A stretch of 63,501 bases of DNA, the filler included, from Reticulomyxa filosa (lineage: Eukaryota; Protista; Foraminifera): NCBI GenBank assembly GCA_000512085.1. It is 22 parts of 22 records of this genome, joined end to end, with 100 filler letters (N's around TTAATTAATTAA, not from the genome) between each part and the next. Parts side by side here need not be neighbours in the genome. Positions count along the whole stretch, not along the records: positions 35,700 to 40,340 come from ASPP01006095.1; positions 40,441 to 41,742 come from ASPP01035328.1; positions 41,843 to 42,881 come from ASPP01025065.1; positions 42,982 to 51,530 come from ASPP01005328.1; positions 51,631 to 53,629 come from ASPP01004427.1; positions 53,730 to 55,189 come from ASPP01049531.1; 16 more parts are not named here. One strand, 5' to 3'. Below, piece by piece: positions 40,326 through 54,357 of the stretch (the stretch's first letter is position 1; every line of letters starts with the position of its first letter). The notes beneath the pieces are model-generated. The model saw nothing but the letters and a program-made list of their open reading frames with translations. It did not search any database and was not told where the DNA came from. Position numbers and translations under genes: made by a program.

Positions 40326-42981
40326 TATATATGCATATATNNNNNNNNNNNNNNNNNNNNNNNNNNNNNNNNNNNNNNNNNNNNTTAATTAATTAANNNN
40401 NNNNNNNNNNNNNNNNNNNNNNNNNNNNNNNNNNNNNNNNTTTTTTTTGCGATTCATAACAAATGCAATTCAGAGAAGTACAATTTTCCTGTTGCTGAAT
40501 GTCAACTAATGAAAGCACTCAGTGAAAGCGATATTCCAAACGAGCAGATGCAGTAGTAAAGATTGCAAGATTACAAGCAACCTGAATTGTTTAGGAGATC
40601 AGATAAACCGGCCCCGTTTTTAAATTCCATGGATTGAATTCACTCTTCACAGTCCCAAACGATATTTATGCAATCTGGTTGAAGCGCAGTCATCTGAAAA
40701 GATTGTTTTGCACCGGTTGGATATGCAACATGAGAAAATTGGTGATTATAACTTGTGAAGTTCATCGTGGCAACAGAAAGGAATATTCGAAATGAAGTTC
40801 ATTTAACAATTTCTTTTTTGAGATATTGAAGACATTAAATTTCTTTTAAAATTGTTTCAGCTAAACACTTAATTGTTTGTTTGATTTATACTTTTAATTA
40901 GTGCTATGTCCTATTTTGGATCAGGTGCTTTTTCAACTTGCTTTTGTTTGCATTTTGGGCTAAAAGTACACAATCGATTATTTTAAGTAAATTTTAATTT
41001 TTGTAGCAACTGGAAAAATTTTTGATATAAATTTTTTATACAACTTTTTTCTAGAAAATGCCATTTAGTGCTATGAAGTAATTAGTAGTCTAACACCTTC
41101 ACGCAAAATCTTCAAAAAAAAAATATTTATAATCCTAATTGTATTTGGTGCGAAGAAGATAATGTCTAGCATTTCTTGACAAAATATTTGCAGTGTTTGC
41201 GTTATCAATAATTACGTCGCAATTGATGAACAAATATCTAAGAATTCCCTCCAGATATCAATGTATTGTCTCTGTCAATGAACAATTCATCGATCGAAGC
41301 TATATAGTAGTCAAACACTTGACACATCCTATCTAAAAAAAAGTGTATATGTATCTAATAGAAGAATCTTGATGAAATTGTATCAGATTTGCACAAATTA
41401 CCTTTCGTGTTCTTTGATACAATCAAATTACTGTGATATTTTCCTTTGCGTACTACACATTTATGTGATAACATTGTTCATATATATTAGCTCTTCTTCC
41501 ACAATATTTGTATGTTTAACTTGATGTATTTGTCAGATATCGAAGAAATCTAAAATATTTCAAGTTTCGTTTCGTTAATCCAATTGTTATTAAATTTTCT
41601 TCCAACTGTATATTAACATCTTCTGATTTTGCGAATGTCACTTTATCACTTGTAATTTCTAAATCTTTAAACTTCTTCTACTTCATATCTAATTTCTTAC
41701 AATTTATTTATGTATTTATATAAAATGTTATTATTATTATTANNNNNNNNNNNNNNNNNNNNNNNNNNNNNNNNNNNNNNNNNNNNTTAATTAATTAANN
41801 NNNNNNNNNNNNNNNNNNNNNNNNNNNNNNNNNNNNNNNNNNTTTTTTTTGAAATACAAATGCCTTTATTAATTCTCCATATTCAATAAAATATTGTCGA
41901 AATCAGCAGATTTTAACTGGTATTTATGTTGCAAACTGTTGTGTAAACCAGTGATACTGATTCAGCTTTTGGGATAACGTAAGATGTTATGCAATACAAA
42001 TACATGCTTCTAAATATTTCAAATTTACAATCTAGCGTAATCCTATTGACAAAACAATAATAACATTTATCACACAAATGAATATATATTTTTAACCTTT
42101 TAATGTCTTTGATACAATAAAATGGCTTCAATTTGAAAAACGCATCAAAGTAAATTTGTTTACATTCGTTCCATGTTTTTATAAGTGTTGAATTATCGAT
42201 ATATTCGTTAAATTCTTCCACTAGTTTCATTAAATCTTTTTGCTGTTGGTCAGATATCCTGTAATTTTTTTAAAGTAAATTTATTCCGTTGAGAATTTTT
42301 GATTAAAAAAGAGTACCTAATTGAATAAGTATGAATAATCGAAACTTGCATATACTTTGTGATGCTATGTAACGTCATCATCTTCTCAATCACATTGCAC
42401 AAATTTAAAGGCATTGGATATGATAAATAATTAATTTATAATGTTATTGAATAAAAAGTATAGGATTATTTTTTTAAAAAAAAAAGATGAAACTTAAATG
42501 AATGATGAAATGAAGAATTGCCATTTTTCAACAGATTTTACATGAATTATTTTAAAAAAATTGTTCACTAAGAAACAGCTCATTAAAAAATCACATTTAA
42601 AAGTTAAACCTTGAGAATATTTTTTGAAAAGAAGTTAAAGTTTTAGATTTTAAAAATATCATGAATTGTTGTCTGTATTTTTAAAATTGTAAATAAAACA
42701 AGTCGTTTCTAACTTTATTTGTGAACAACACGATAACAAAAAAATTGAAAAAGGAAAACCATAGATTAAAAAGTTCTGGTAATATATTTGTGTAGTCTTT
42801 ACAAGATGAGAGCATATGGAAATGTGATAAGAACATGCCCCCCCACTTGGGAAATTGTAGTAGACAAGTTTAAGCTTTCTTNNNNNNNNNNNNNNNNNNN
42901 NNNNNNNNNNNNNNNNNNNNNNNNNTTAATTAATTAANNNNNNNNNNNNNNNNNNNNNNNNNNNNNNNNNNNNNNNNNNNN

Positions 42982-43018
<37 letters not shown>

Positions 43019-43896
43019 GCCATTGGGATGAAAAGAGGCATCCTCATTGTCGTTGTTTGGACTACGTGGTGACACGGAGGGAGACGACTGTACTGGCGAA
43101 GGTGTCGACAGTGCCGATGCGTTACGACTGGCTTTTGTATGTTTTTGTTTCTGCAAAGTCCGGTCGATTTCCTCCAGCTTCGTCAGCGAATGAGTTTTGC
43201 TGTTGCCAGCACTATTGTGACTATGGCTGTTGTTATTATTATTATTATTCGCAGCAAAGCCTAAAAACTCAAATGCTCTTTGCTGAAACTTTTTGGTTTG
43301 CTTCCCCATCCAATTGTTGACGCCATTGACTTGGGGGTCACTTTCAGTGCCGACCTTTTTTTCCAAGCAAGTGTCACTATGTGACCTCGGTCGATGGGCG
43401 TCCATGTCCTCCGCATCATCTCCGTCCTCATGTTCGTGCTCTTTGCCAAGGTTGGAAGACACAACCTTTTCGCTAACGTTATACTCGTAATGTCTTCTAG
43501 CGTCGACCTTGGAAGCGAGGCCCAAAGTGTTTGCGCTCTGCGTGCGGGCATGCTTGAGATTGGAGGCGTCACTGGGGTGCGACGATTTGGCATTGATATG
43601 AGCATTGGGAGTGAAACTAGCGCCGGCAGATATGACGCTAGCCGATTGACTGTGGGTTAATGAGGCATTGATGCCGTTGGACGATCGCATCGTTTCCACA
43701 TAACCACCTGTCGTCGTCGTCGTCGTCGTCGTCGACGCGCCGGCAGACAATGCCAGAGATGACATTGATGACGATGATGATGGTAATTGTCTCGACACAT
43801 TCGCATTATCGCTTTCAAGTCCATTGCCCGATTTTACTTGAAAGTGATCATTGCTTTCATATTCATTCGTCATTCCACTTATCTCTGTGTTATTAC

Positions 43897-43942
<46 letters not shown>

Positions 43943-44727
43943 GCTATTGTTATTAGTATTGCTCATTGTAGAATGAACTGGCGTCAGAGAAGATCCACTT
44001 GAATCTTTCACATGACTGTACTCTCCTTCGCTAGTCTTCCCCACTGTCAACTTGGATTTGATCAGATCGTGCACTTTGCCCAAACCATTCTTTCCTGCAA
44101 ATGCCGTCATCTTCTTGCTCTCCGTCACATTCGAGTCGTTCACGTATTCGATCAACAGCTGCGAGTCTCGCACTTCCACTTTGCGGATTGACGACATTCG
44201 TATCAAAAACTTGGTGTTTTCGAAACATTTTTCAATATTTTAAACAAATATATACATATATACATATATACATACATATATATGTATATATGTATATATG
44301 CATATAATATATATATATATACACATATACAATGTTTCTTTTTTTTTTTTTTTTTTTAAGTGAGAAGAAATTTAAACCTTCTCCTCCGATCCAAATAAGT
44401 TGGAGTAAAATGACACATGCCCTGCAAATACCCAAAGCAAACCTGACTTGGCAATTATCGTGGTTTTTATTGAACATTTGAATGCTGTTCGTTCCCACCA
44501 ACACACACGTATCCCATTTCGGTTTTTTTAGTTATTTATTGGGGTCCCTTTTTCCTCTTAAAAAAGAATCGTAAACTATTGAACGAAACAGAAGGAGGGG
44601 GGGGAGGAAAAAACGAATATAGTAAAAGGATTATGAACAACTAACCACCCAAAAATTCCTCCGAGGGCGAGATATTGAATAAACGACGTGCAATATTTCC
44701 TTTTTCTGTAATTTTGGCATCTGACAT
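42982..44727 (-). CDS. GRAM-domain protein, 3'-partial
   Basis: Spliced N-terminus MSDAKITEKGNIARRLFNISPSEEFLG-AFKCSIKTTIIAKSGLLWVFAGHVSFYSNLFGSEEK-FLIRMSSIRKVE is a GRAM domain, followed by N/S/T-rich low-complexity sequence. Confidence 0.75.
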
Positions 44728-45335
44728 GATTAATCTCCCCTTTTTTTATCCTCCAAAGTTTTTTGAACTACGCTACCGAGTTCTCGTTCGTTCATAAAAT
44801 GGTATTGATCAGTGCAAATAAGCAATAGACAGAGAATTGCGATAAGGGCACTTTTGGAGACTTGAACTCTCAATACGGCTTTTAAATTAAGCCCATGCGA
44901 TGCTACTTTTTAATATTTTGCTAAGGTGATGTTCTTTGAATCATTATCTGAATAAATACTTTGCGATGTGATTTTTGAGTGCTTGGTTCTTTACCAACAA
45001 ACAAAAGTTTTTTTTAAAAAAATCATTACAAATTATCAACAATCATTATCCCAATTCCAATTAGTCCGAGAATACGAATGTTTTATTCACAACTTGAAAG
45101 ATTGGATCGAATAGAAACCATTCATTGTGGTCCATCATGTTGTCAATTGCAGCTTCACTGGCCCAAGAAAGCAAGCAAATCTGTCTCGTAATTGAGCACC
45201 CAATTATTTACTTTCTTCAGCCTTCAAACCCTGTTTCCCTCCTTTTTACCTTCTCTCCTCCTCTTCTCAAAAAAAAAAAAAAAACCAAAGCAAAAATAGA
45301 GAAGGAACTAATGTACTCTTGATATCATCAGGAAC

Positions 45336-46264
45336 ATGAGCAGCTGGCACAACGAAGGACATAGAAAAATGTGTAATTTGATAAAAGGATGGGGAGAATG
45401 TTTATGGAAATTTCGAATCAGTTTTCGTTGTGAACAAATCCCGTGTCCACTAATTGTGTTAGTGCTTCTCACTGTCGTGGCAGTGACATCACTTTATAGA
45501 CTGGTCACGCCATCAATGGGCTTTTATTCATTACTCTCATCATCCGACAATGACCAAGCCTCACACGGCATGAGTTTGTATCAACAATATGAACTACTAG
45601 ACAAGAATTATCCAAATACTTATATTTTGACAGGTTTTTTTTTCTTTTCCTCCTCCTCCTCCTCCTCCTCCTCTTCCTCGCCCTCTTTCGTTTAAGTATT
45701 AAGATAAATTTTTTTTTTAAAAAAAAAAAGAGGTTACAAAAACGCTTTTTTTAACACTCTTAGAAAATGATGACTAAGCAAAAAAAAAAAATAAATAAAA
45801 AAAAAATCAAGTCTTTTTAAATAGTAATGTGGTGCATATATGCTAGAATAGGTCCGCCTTATTCAAGGAGTCAACTCGGACATTTGAGTTGGGCGTATCT
45901 GCATACAATGGCGGCCAATTATGCAGAGACACCAAGTGAAGAGCAAAAACAAGCGATGATAGACTTTTGGAGAGTGTTTTCAAGGTTGTATCCATGTGGT
46001 GACTGTGCCGCGCACATGCGTCAAAAATTGCAACAATTGCCACCAAACGAGTTTTTGAATAGCAATAAAGAGTATAGCACATGGCTGTGCAAGTTTCATA
46101 ACCTTGTCAATACAGACTTGGGGAAAGATTTGTTGGATTGCACCAATGAAGATATTGTCGTCAATCGCTGGCGTTCTTCTGAGTACTGTGGCTGTGACAC
46201 TGCCACGGCGGAAGTAAATGGAGATGCACTTAGTCCTCAACAACAAGATAATCAAAAGCACTAA
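45336..46264 (+). CDS. Erv/ALR family FAD-linked sulfhydryl oxidase with N-terminal membrane anchor (Erv2-like)
   Basis: LGHLSWAYLHTMAANY, LYPCGDCAAH (CxxC), WLCKFHNLVN..LGK...DC and a C-terminal CGC. Exon 1 has the hydrophobic segment LIVLVLLTVVAV. Confidence 0.88.
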
Positions 46265-47145
46265 TTTTTTCATTTTTTTCTTTCTTTGTTTTGACTTTGC
46301 CCGATGTTGGTTGTTGTCAACGCTGGTCGATTGTGATCATTAAAAAAAATAATTAATAAAAAACATACTCCAATGTTGTGACTCTATACTTTTTGTTCGC
46401 TATCTTTGCCAATTTTTTTTTATAATATGTTATATTTGTCACTCACACATTTCTTCAATTAATCCTTCAATTATTTTTATTAGAGAAACAACACTGTTTC
46501 TTGATTTCCTCATTTTTTTTTTATTGAGACACTTCTGGATAAGCTGATTGGATAACACAAGCAGCTGCAAACAACTTCCAACAGTAAAAAAGGATGATTA
46601 GGCTATTCAAAATTTTTTTTCACCGTGTGGTGATAACAGCTACTGAAATTTTAGTTACAATTGTCTCTTTTGTAGAGCAAGTGTCAGAAGCGTAAAAAAA
46701 AAATTGAACTTAAAAAACTTGTTTTTCACAATAATTCTTTGTGTTTGGTTTTTGTTATTTTGCTTTATTTTATTTAATTTTCTTTAAAAATTTGTTCGAA
46801 CGAATACCAGTGTTACAGTGACAATCGCAATGCATGACATAAATCTATAGTCCAATAGAAGTAATATTCTAAAGCTATATTCTTACAACTTCATTTCGTA
46901 TTCCATTTGCGTCTTGCACAACTTTGAAACATGAAGTACTTTTTTTCAAGTCTATTAATGTTTTTGATCTTAAAATTAACTGAAGTAATGAATTGAAACT
47001 TTGTTTATTTATTGACTATCAAATAAAGACATTGAAACAGACTGTCAAGTTTGTAATGTTCGCTTTACCCTAAAAATTTACAAGTTACATCATCAAACAA
47101 AAAATAGAGAAGCAGTGAACTTTTAGATAAAAACTCTTTTTTTTG

Positions 47146-49981
47146 ATGAACATGATCGCACAACTTGAGCACTCTTTTCCAAACCTAGAAAAAGATGCCA
47201 TTGCGAGGATCTGGAAATGTTGTGCTGAAAACTTAAATGAAACAAGAGAAATTCTTAATTTTATTATTTGCAACCAGTTACAGCTAATTTTTTTTTTTGT
47301 TGTTTCTTTTTGGCAATAATATTGACAATTTTCATACAATTTCAGGCTGTCTGTCGAAAAACAAAATTTTTTTAATGGACTTATTAGTCAAATTTGGAAC
47401 TCGAATTAACAAAACAATTATTTTAAAGAGTTGGATGGAATGCAACCAAATTTATTGGAAAACCGTCATGAAATTGGGAGCTATTTGTGCTACCACCAAT
47501 ATTTATGAGTTAACATTTGACGCATGTTCGTTTTTTATCCTTTTTTTTTTTTTTTTTTAGTTGCATGTGCGTACCAGTGTAATAAAAAAAAAAAGATAAA
47601 TTTGTATGGTATAGAATTGAGGAAAAGATTGAATTAAAAATAAAGAGAGAAATATGCTTACACATATTGTGGAACATTTTGAAATATCCGAAAAATATGA
47701 AATATCAGCAAATTAGTACTAAGAGTTTATATGACAATTTGAAATGGAAATGTTATCAATTAGATGCGAATATAGATGAAATCTTTGAAGATATGAAATG
47801 TAATTTGCGAGAGTTTGGATTTGAGCAAAGTAACGATGATTGGTATTATCCAAAGAGTGGCATTCAATTATTGAAATTGTGGGAATGTTATAAAAAATGG
47901 ATCAATGAACAAATCATGTATTGTTTGTAACATGTGGTTTATAAATATGCAAATGTGGTAAACACAATACTTAAAAATGTGTTTTATCATTAAACAACAG
48001 ATACAAAATAAGATATGGTATGGTAAAAAGAGTTTGCATGTTAAAAAAGGGAAAATGGAAAGATTATGAAATTTTATTTGACTATCAACACCGATCAATT
48101 TTATTATTGAACACAAATAAAGATAAATTAAAGACAGAAATATTACAAGTCGGAAATCCAAAGAGACTGTCATTAGAGTTCAATGTTCATATACGGTGGT
48201 ACAATGATTTTAATGCTGTTGATACTACACATTCTAAGTGGACTTGTCTCGTCCTCAATCATTCTTGGCATTTTCGTTCGGCAGAGTATTTTGATAGAAA
48301 AAGATTAACAAATTTTTGTTCAGTTCAGTTAAAGAAAGCCTATCTGTTATTTGCGTACGACTAATGAAAGACTATTAAATTGACATGAATATAGGAGTTC
48401 AATTCTTTCTCTGTCATTTGGAAAGATTGTACAATAATGTTCAAAGAGCCTTTGGATCCTTTTTTCATTACTCTAAAACGAGGCATGCAACAGTTGGAAA
48501 ATAAAATGCAAATATATAAACAATTCACTTTTGGGACAGACGAATTAATATTTTTTAAATATGAACTTGATAAATGTGAGCCAGGAATTCCAGCAAATAT
48601 TGGTGAAGAGACATTATTACATGATATTTACAAACATCTTCCTCATTATCCAATTCTTCAAGTACGTTGGGAAGTAATAGGAGCGTTTATGGTATCCTAC
48701 AAATACACAATTGGTATTGATAGAATTAATTTGGCACAAAACGTCAATCTCGATACTGAATTTTATCCATCAATGACAAAACCTAAATTCAATCCATTAT
48801 TATATGAATGTGATGTTCGCAAACTTAAGGCCATCGAGAGTATAGAAAAGATGGAGGAATACGATTCCTTGCAGCTCTTGTTACACGAAATAATAGAGAA
48901 TGGTTATCTATGCGATATAATTACATATCAATATACAAAGAATAAACAAGAGAAAAAACACCTTTATAAAAAAATTAAACAGCAGATCCACTATAATGAA
49001 AATAATCCAGAGAAGCTGATATTAAATGATAACATATTGACAATATTAAATGAATTAAAGATATTGTATCATGATGATATTCATAAACAAATGGGATATC
49101 CACTTCAATTATGGCATATTTGTGCAATTTTATTGTATTGTGGTAAATCGTGCAATAGTGAATTCAGCTATGATCAAATACAATTTAGACATCGTAAGTG
49201 GAGGCATTTAGATTCTCTTTTATATGATGCGATCAATGTTTTGCATAAACATGAAAGAAGAGAAGAAAGCAATATTGAATTATATTGTGGATTGAAAGGA
49301 GTGAGACTGGAGAATATTAAAGAAATAAAAGAAGGATTTTTCATAAGTCATGTAAGTACTTCTGATGATATTCAAGTTGCACAAATGTTTAGAACTAGTC
49401 AAGGATGCATTTTACATTTTCATCCTTCCATGAGACGACCAAATGGAATTTCTAGCTGTGATGTAGCGTGGATATCCCCATTTAAAAATGAGCGTGAAAT
49501 TTTGTTTGCAAGATTAATCACAGGTTATTATCTTGATGAAGAAACGCATAAAGAACTGTATGCATGGAATGCAAAAATAGAAAGTGAAGATGAACATACG
49601 CAAATGATATTATTGACATGGGCGAGATACGACGTATTTGTACAACAAGTTATGCAAATTAGTAAAATATGGAATCATTCTATTGATTTAAATGTAATTT
49701 ATTTGATATTAAACAATATTTCAACAGAAATCAATAAAGTATCGCTATGTTTGTTATTATTTGAAGAATGGAAATTAAAAGATAACAATAAACAAAAATA
49801 TAAAGAAAAAATGAATGAATTTATGGAAAGACGTTGTTGCAATCATGAAATTAATTTATTATCTATTTTTTTGATCGAAAATGGATTACAGAAAAGACAT
49901 ACTGCTATTAATTTTGCAAAAATGTTCACTGCGAGAATTGGATTACCATTTGTTGAAAAGATTAAAAAACTGAGTTTCTAA
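47146..49981 (+). CDS. Multi-exon CUE-like + PUB-like + ADP-ribosyltransferase-like protein
   Basis: QLEHSFPNLEKDAIARIW...ETREIL (CUE-like); ILWNILKYPKNMKYQQIS...LREFGF (PUB-like); LYCGLKGV...ISHVSTSDDIQVAQMF...GCILHF...DVAWISPFKNEREILF (ART R-STS-ExE fold). Start approximate. Confidence 0.65.
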
Positions 49982-50607
49982 ACTATCTGGCCTGTGAACT
50001 GGATATACAAAAAATGTTTTTATTAAAAAAAAGATAAGATAACGAACGTTAAAATTCAAAGTGATAGTGTGAAATTAATCACTGTAACTGGACTATTATT
50101 TTATTTTGGGTCAAATGAAGATGTCAGGATGTTCAATTCTGTCGTGTGAACTTCCAGTAATCTTGTTAGCTACATTTTTGTGTTGCGTGTAAAAATACAA
50201 CTCAAACTCTTGGTGAACCGCTGGCAATAATAACCAAATACTCCTGTAGTGCAAGACAATACTAGCTGTAAGTTTCACTCAGAGCTTGAAAATCGTTTTT
50301 CTGGGAAAAACTTTGATTATAATGTTTCGTATTGCATTTAGTGATCTTCTGCAGTCCAATTTTCATTCGCAATTTTGTTTGATTTTTTCTTTGGCACAAA
50401 AAAAATGAAACTACTTAAAAAAATGTAAAAAAAAAACACTTATCATTTTATAACTCCTGACCCATTGCAATTTTTTTGAGCCAATAAAAAAGGGAATTTC
50501 AGCATGTTTTTTTGATTTTATAACAAAAAGTATCCCAGTTAAAACAAAATAAAAAATCTTTTGAGGGAATAATTATATTTGTACAACAAAAATGTCTTTA
50601 ATGTAAT

Positions 50608-51495
50608 TTATAATAATCCCCAAAATCGGATCACTCCGTCTCTAGAAGATGAAATAATAGCATTACCATTTGGAGAAATATCTATTCCTGTCACATCGGA
50701 ATGCCCCTTTAATACTTGTGTTTGTACTTCAAGATCAACATTCCATAATCGAATAGTGCCGTCTCTAGAACATGAAATAACAGTAAGATCATCCAATGAA
50801 ATGTTACATCATTTATCATGTCTGTGTGCCCTTCAAATTTTTTGATTTCATTTCTATTCCGCATATCCCATATTCTGATAGTTTTATCTTTTGAACAAGA
50901 TACAATAAATGGACTATTTGAAGAAAATTTAGCTTTCATAACATGATCAGAGTGACCTTTTAATTGTATCTTTTTTTGTAGATCTTCTAAACTGCACGCA
51001 TAAATTGTATTATCATTTGAACATGATAAAAATGCCTTATTTTTTGGTGAAAATTGTACACTATTTACTGCTTTTGTATGTTCGGCAAATTTTTTTATTT
51101 CTTCACCAGATTTTATATCCCACATTCGAATTGTTCGATCTGATGAACTTGATATAATGATATTACCATTAACTGATAATTGTACGCTTGAAACAGCACT
51201 TGTATGTCCTCTAAATTTTTTTAATTCTCTTCCTGACCCTGCGTCCCACAATCGAATTGTCATATCATTTGAACATGATATAACATTTCTTTGCATCCAA
51301 AGAAAATTGTGCATCATTAACAGAATCCAAATGTCCTTCCAAAACTTTTATCTCTTTTTGTGATGATACGTCCCAAATTCGAACTGTTTTATCTGCTGAA
51401 GAGGACACAATTTTCGTGCAATCCGGTGAAAATCTTGCACTGTTCACAGAATGGGAATGCCCTTTAAAATCTTTCAATTGTTTATAATATTTCAT
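50608..51495 (-). CDS. WD40 (G-beta-like) repeat protein; two homopolymer frameshifts (error or pseudogene)
   Basis: About seven GH...V..FS......S.S.D.TIR.WD repeats split over three ORFs, with frame breaks at ~51288 and ~50798. Confidence 0.85.
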
Positions 51496-52029
51496 CTATT
51501 TTACATATATATATATATATATATATATATNNNNNNNNNNNNNNNNNNNNNNNNNNNNNNNNNNNNNNNNNNNNTTAATTAATTAANNNNNNNNNNNNNN
51601 NNNNNNNNNNNNNNNNNNNNNNNNNNNNNNTTTTTTTGCTTGAATAGACCTTTGTTGAGTGTTGCAATGAAATATCTTTTTTTCCCGTTCTCATTAACAA
51701 CTGTCCAAGTGGTGAAAAGATTTTAACAAAAAATTCACATAATTGAAATGGATAATCCTTGGCATTTCAATTTTTGTTATCACATACACATTTTTCTTTG
51801 AATATGTATTGTAGACAGAAGTAAATTATGCAAGACGTGTTATTCTTGTTGTCAAAATAAAAAAATAAAAGGAAAAGCTCTTTGATGAAATGTTCATGTG
51901 TACGTATACCTTTTTTAAAAAAAAAGAATGTATTTTTAAAAATTCTTTGACTTGTTTCTGCAAAAAAAAAAAACAACAAAAAAACGCATAAAGCACAAAT
52001 CATATGCACTTTCGGTAAAGAGAGAAATT

Positions 52030-52250
52030 CGAATGCATTGCGCGTTGTACTGTATGGTGCAACGGGCGAGGTAAGTCATTCTTAGGTACCCGCATAGCGG
52101 TGATAATTCAAAAGAGGGTCACGATGGACCATTTAATCCAGGAAACAACTGCACACCGGTAACACTAAAAATTGAAAATTTTTTTATTCCTGAAGGCTTG
52201 TACAAGTGTTCAGTAAGTTTACTGGATCAGCCAGGAGTGCTGACTCACCT
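52030..52250 (+). pseudogene. P-loop GTPase (AIG1/GIMAP-like) remnant
   Basis: LRVVLYGATG(E)-GKSFLG (G1, frameshifted) and SLLDQPGV (G3 DxPG); multiple disruptions. Confidence 0.5.
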
Positions 52251-54183
52251 GAAAATGACACTAATTATTATATTGAATATTAATAATGATGTAGGAAATA
52301 TGTTTTTGAGATGGCAAATAATCGTTTCAGAACTGCTTCACTTAAATTAAAAATAAGTGGACGAATTAATATTAAGAAATTATACAACGATTCAGAAATT
52401 TTTTTACAATAATTATAAAAAATACACTATAAAATTTAATAAAATGTGATAGTAGCTTGATTTGTTGCAAAATTTTAATTATTTTTATGTTTTATTGTAT
52501 TGTTTCAACAATTAGATAAAAAATCAATAATAAAAAGATCGAAATTCAGTTGTGTAAGAATTTTAGCATGGTCATGTTTTGGCTTGCAAGATGGAAGGTG
52601 GAGTAAATGCTTATATATAAAGAAATTTTATCTGATGAAATGATAAAACAAAGATGATTTGATTTTTCACCAAGATAATGCAAGATAATGCAAAATAATG
52701 CAACATGACATAAATATTAAAAATTATGAAATTGTTAATACAATAACAAAGTCAGTTTAAATGATATATAATATATATAAAAAAGATTATAATTGTGATT
52801 TAATATATGTATATCAATATAAAATATACACTTGATTAATAACTAGTCAAAGTTAAATCATCAAAGAATAATATCGAATAACAACATATTTATCTACATA
52901 ATATGCATTGTGATATGGACTTATACTTTTGTTATATTATTGACAATCATTTTCAATATATAACATGTCACACACGATCTCGTGCCAAATAATATATACC
53001 AAAATCTAGTGCTTTTGTCATGATCAATTTCATATAAAAGCATAAAGATTTTGACTACTAGTTGATAATTATATTATACAATATGTTAAATATATACACT
53101 CCAAAATTTTGTTTATTTATTACACTTTTTTAATTAAGATTATTATTTCAATTTATAACGTTAATATATTTTATTATCTCATTTTTTTTGGAATTCATTA
53201 AAAGAGATCAAAATTTTATTTGCGAAATTATTTTTCCAACAATTCAAAACATGTTTACGTTTAAATTTGTAAACAAGCGAAAGTTGGCACATAGTGACAA
53301 AAAAACCAGGTAATAAGAACAAAAATATAAACTAAAAAGCTTGTAAACAACTTGGTCACGATTTTATTTCTCGACTTCATCACATCACGACTAAAAAAAC
53401 AAAAGATTAAAAAAGTAAAAGGACAATGCACTACTACTATAGCAATATATGCAGAATGAAATAAAACTTGATAATAAGTTGATAAAATCGGCTGTAACAG
53501 CAGGCACGTAACAAAAGAATCAACTTGTAAGCGATGTCGACAAAGATGAACCAGTGAATTTTGAATCCCTTGGTAATAATGACCGTACTACAGAAGCAAG
53601 TGCGTAACGCTATCCAACACGGTGAGGTANNNNNNNNNNNNNNNNNNNNNNNNNNNNNNNNNNNNNNNNNNNNTTAATTAATTAANNNNNNNNNNNNNNN
53701 NNNNNNNNNNNNNNNNNNNNNNNNNNNNNTTATTTAGGTGTAGGACAGACACCTTGCCAAAAAAAAACTGTCGTCCGTTGGCCTGTGAAGGCATATATTT
53801 GCCATAGTAACAGGTGGGCGGAGGTGATTATAATAAGATTACATAGCTCATGACATATAAAAATTGTCGTCAGTCTAGATCATTGTACTGGATTTTATCC
53901 AGCAATTTACCTAAACTACTGCGCAGGCAGTAACGACGATGCTGAACTCAGCATAGTCAAACTGACAAGTAGTAGGTAAAATTGATCGAATCCATATTGT
54001 GTGGTTTGTTCCATTTTATCGACAAATGGACATTGTATACGTCTAGTGATGGGACGATATCGATGATTGGATGTCGGTCAGGATCCAATTACACCCACAT
54101 GCGGTCTGCTGTTTTAATTATATTAGAGAACAGCAAATTCTATATCTTATTAGTTACAATAGAACATTGACAATTTTTTAACT

Positions 54184-54260
54184 AATTATTAATTTATACA
54201 TATCAACAAAAATTTAATAAACTTATTAATTTATATATATCAACAAAAATTTAATAAACA
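54184..54260 (+). repeat. Two-copy ~38-nt AT-rich tandem repeat in the foldback spacer
   Basis: TTATTAATTTATA(C/T)ATATCAACAAAAATTTAATAAAC occurs twice. Confidence 0.85.
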
Positions 54261-54291
54261 ATAACAATTTTATTTAATATATGTTTGATTT

Positions 54292-54357
54292 ATGAGGTTT
54301 CGACCTACCTTTGGGCTAATCAGTGCTGTCATATATAATTAAAACAGCATACCGCAT
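54292..54357 (-). ncRNA. Type III hammerhead ribozyme fold (degenerate core)
   Basis: Minus strand reads AUGCGGU-A^-UGCUGU(loop)ACAGCA-CUGAUUA-GCCC AAAGGUA GGUC-GAA-ACCUCAU. Stem III pairs 6/7 bp, the cleavage triplet is GUA, stem I is 6 bp, and the core is CUGAUuA (G8U), then stem II and GAAA. Confidence 0.7.

Noticed and set aside
40441-42881. Possible gene remnants in two small AT-rich contigs
   Set aside because: Stops in all frames and no motif I can support.
50608-51495. Programmed frameshifting in the WD40 gene
   Set aside because: Both breaks are single-base indels in short A or T runs, typical of sequencing error or pseudogene decay.
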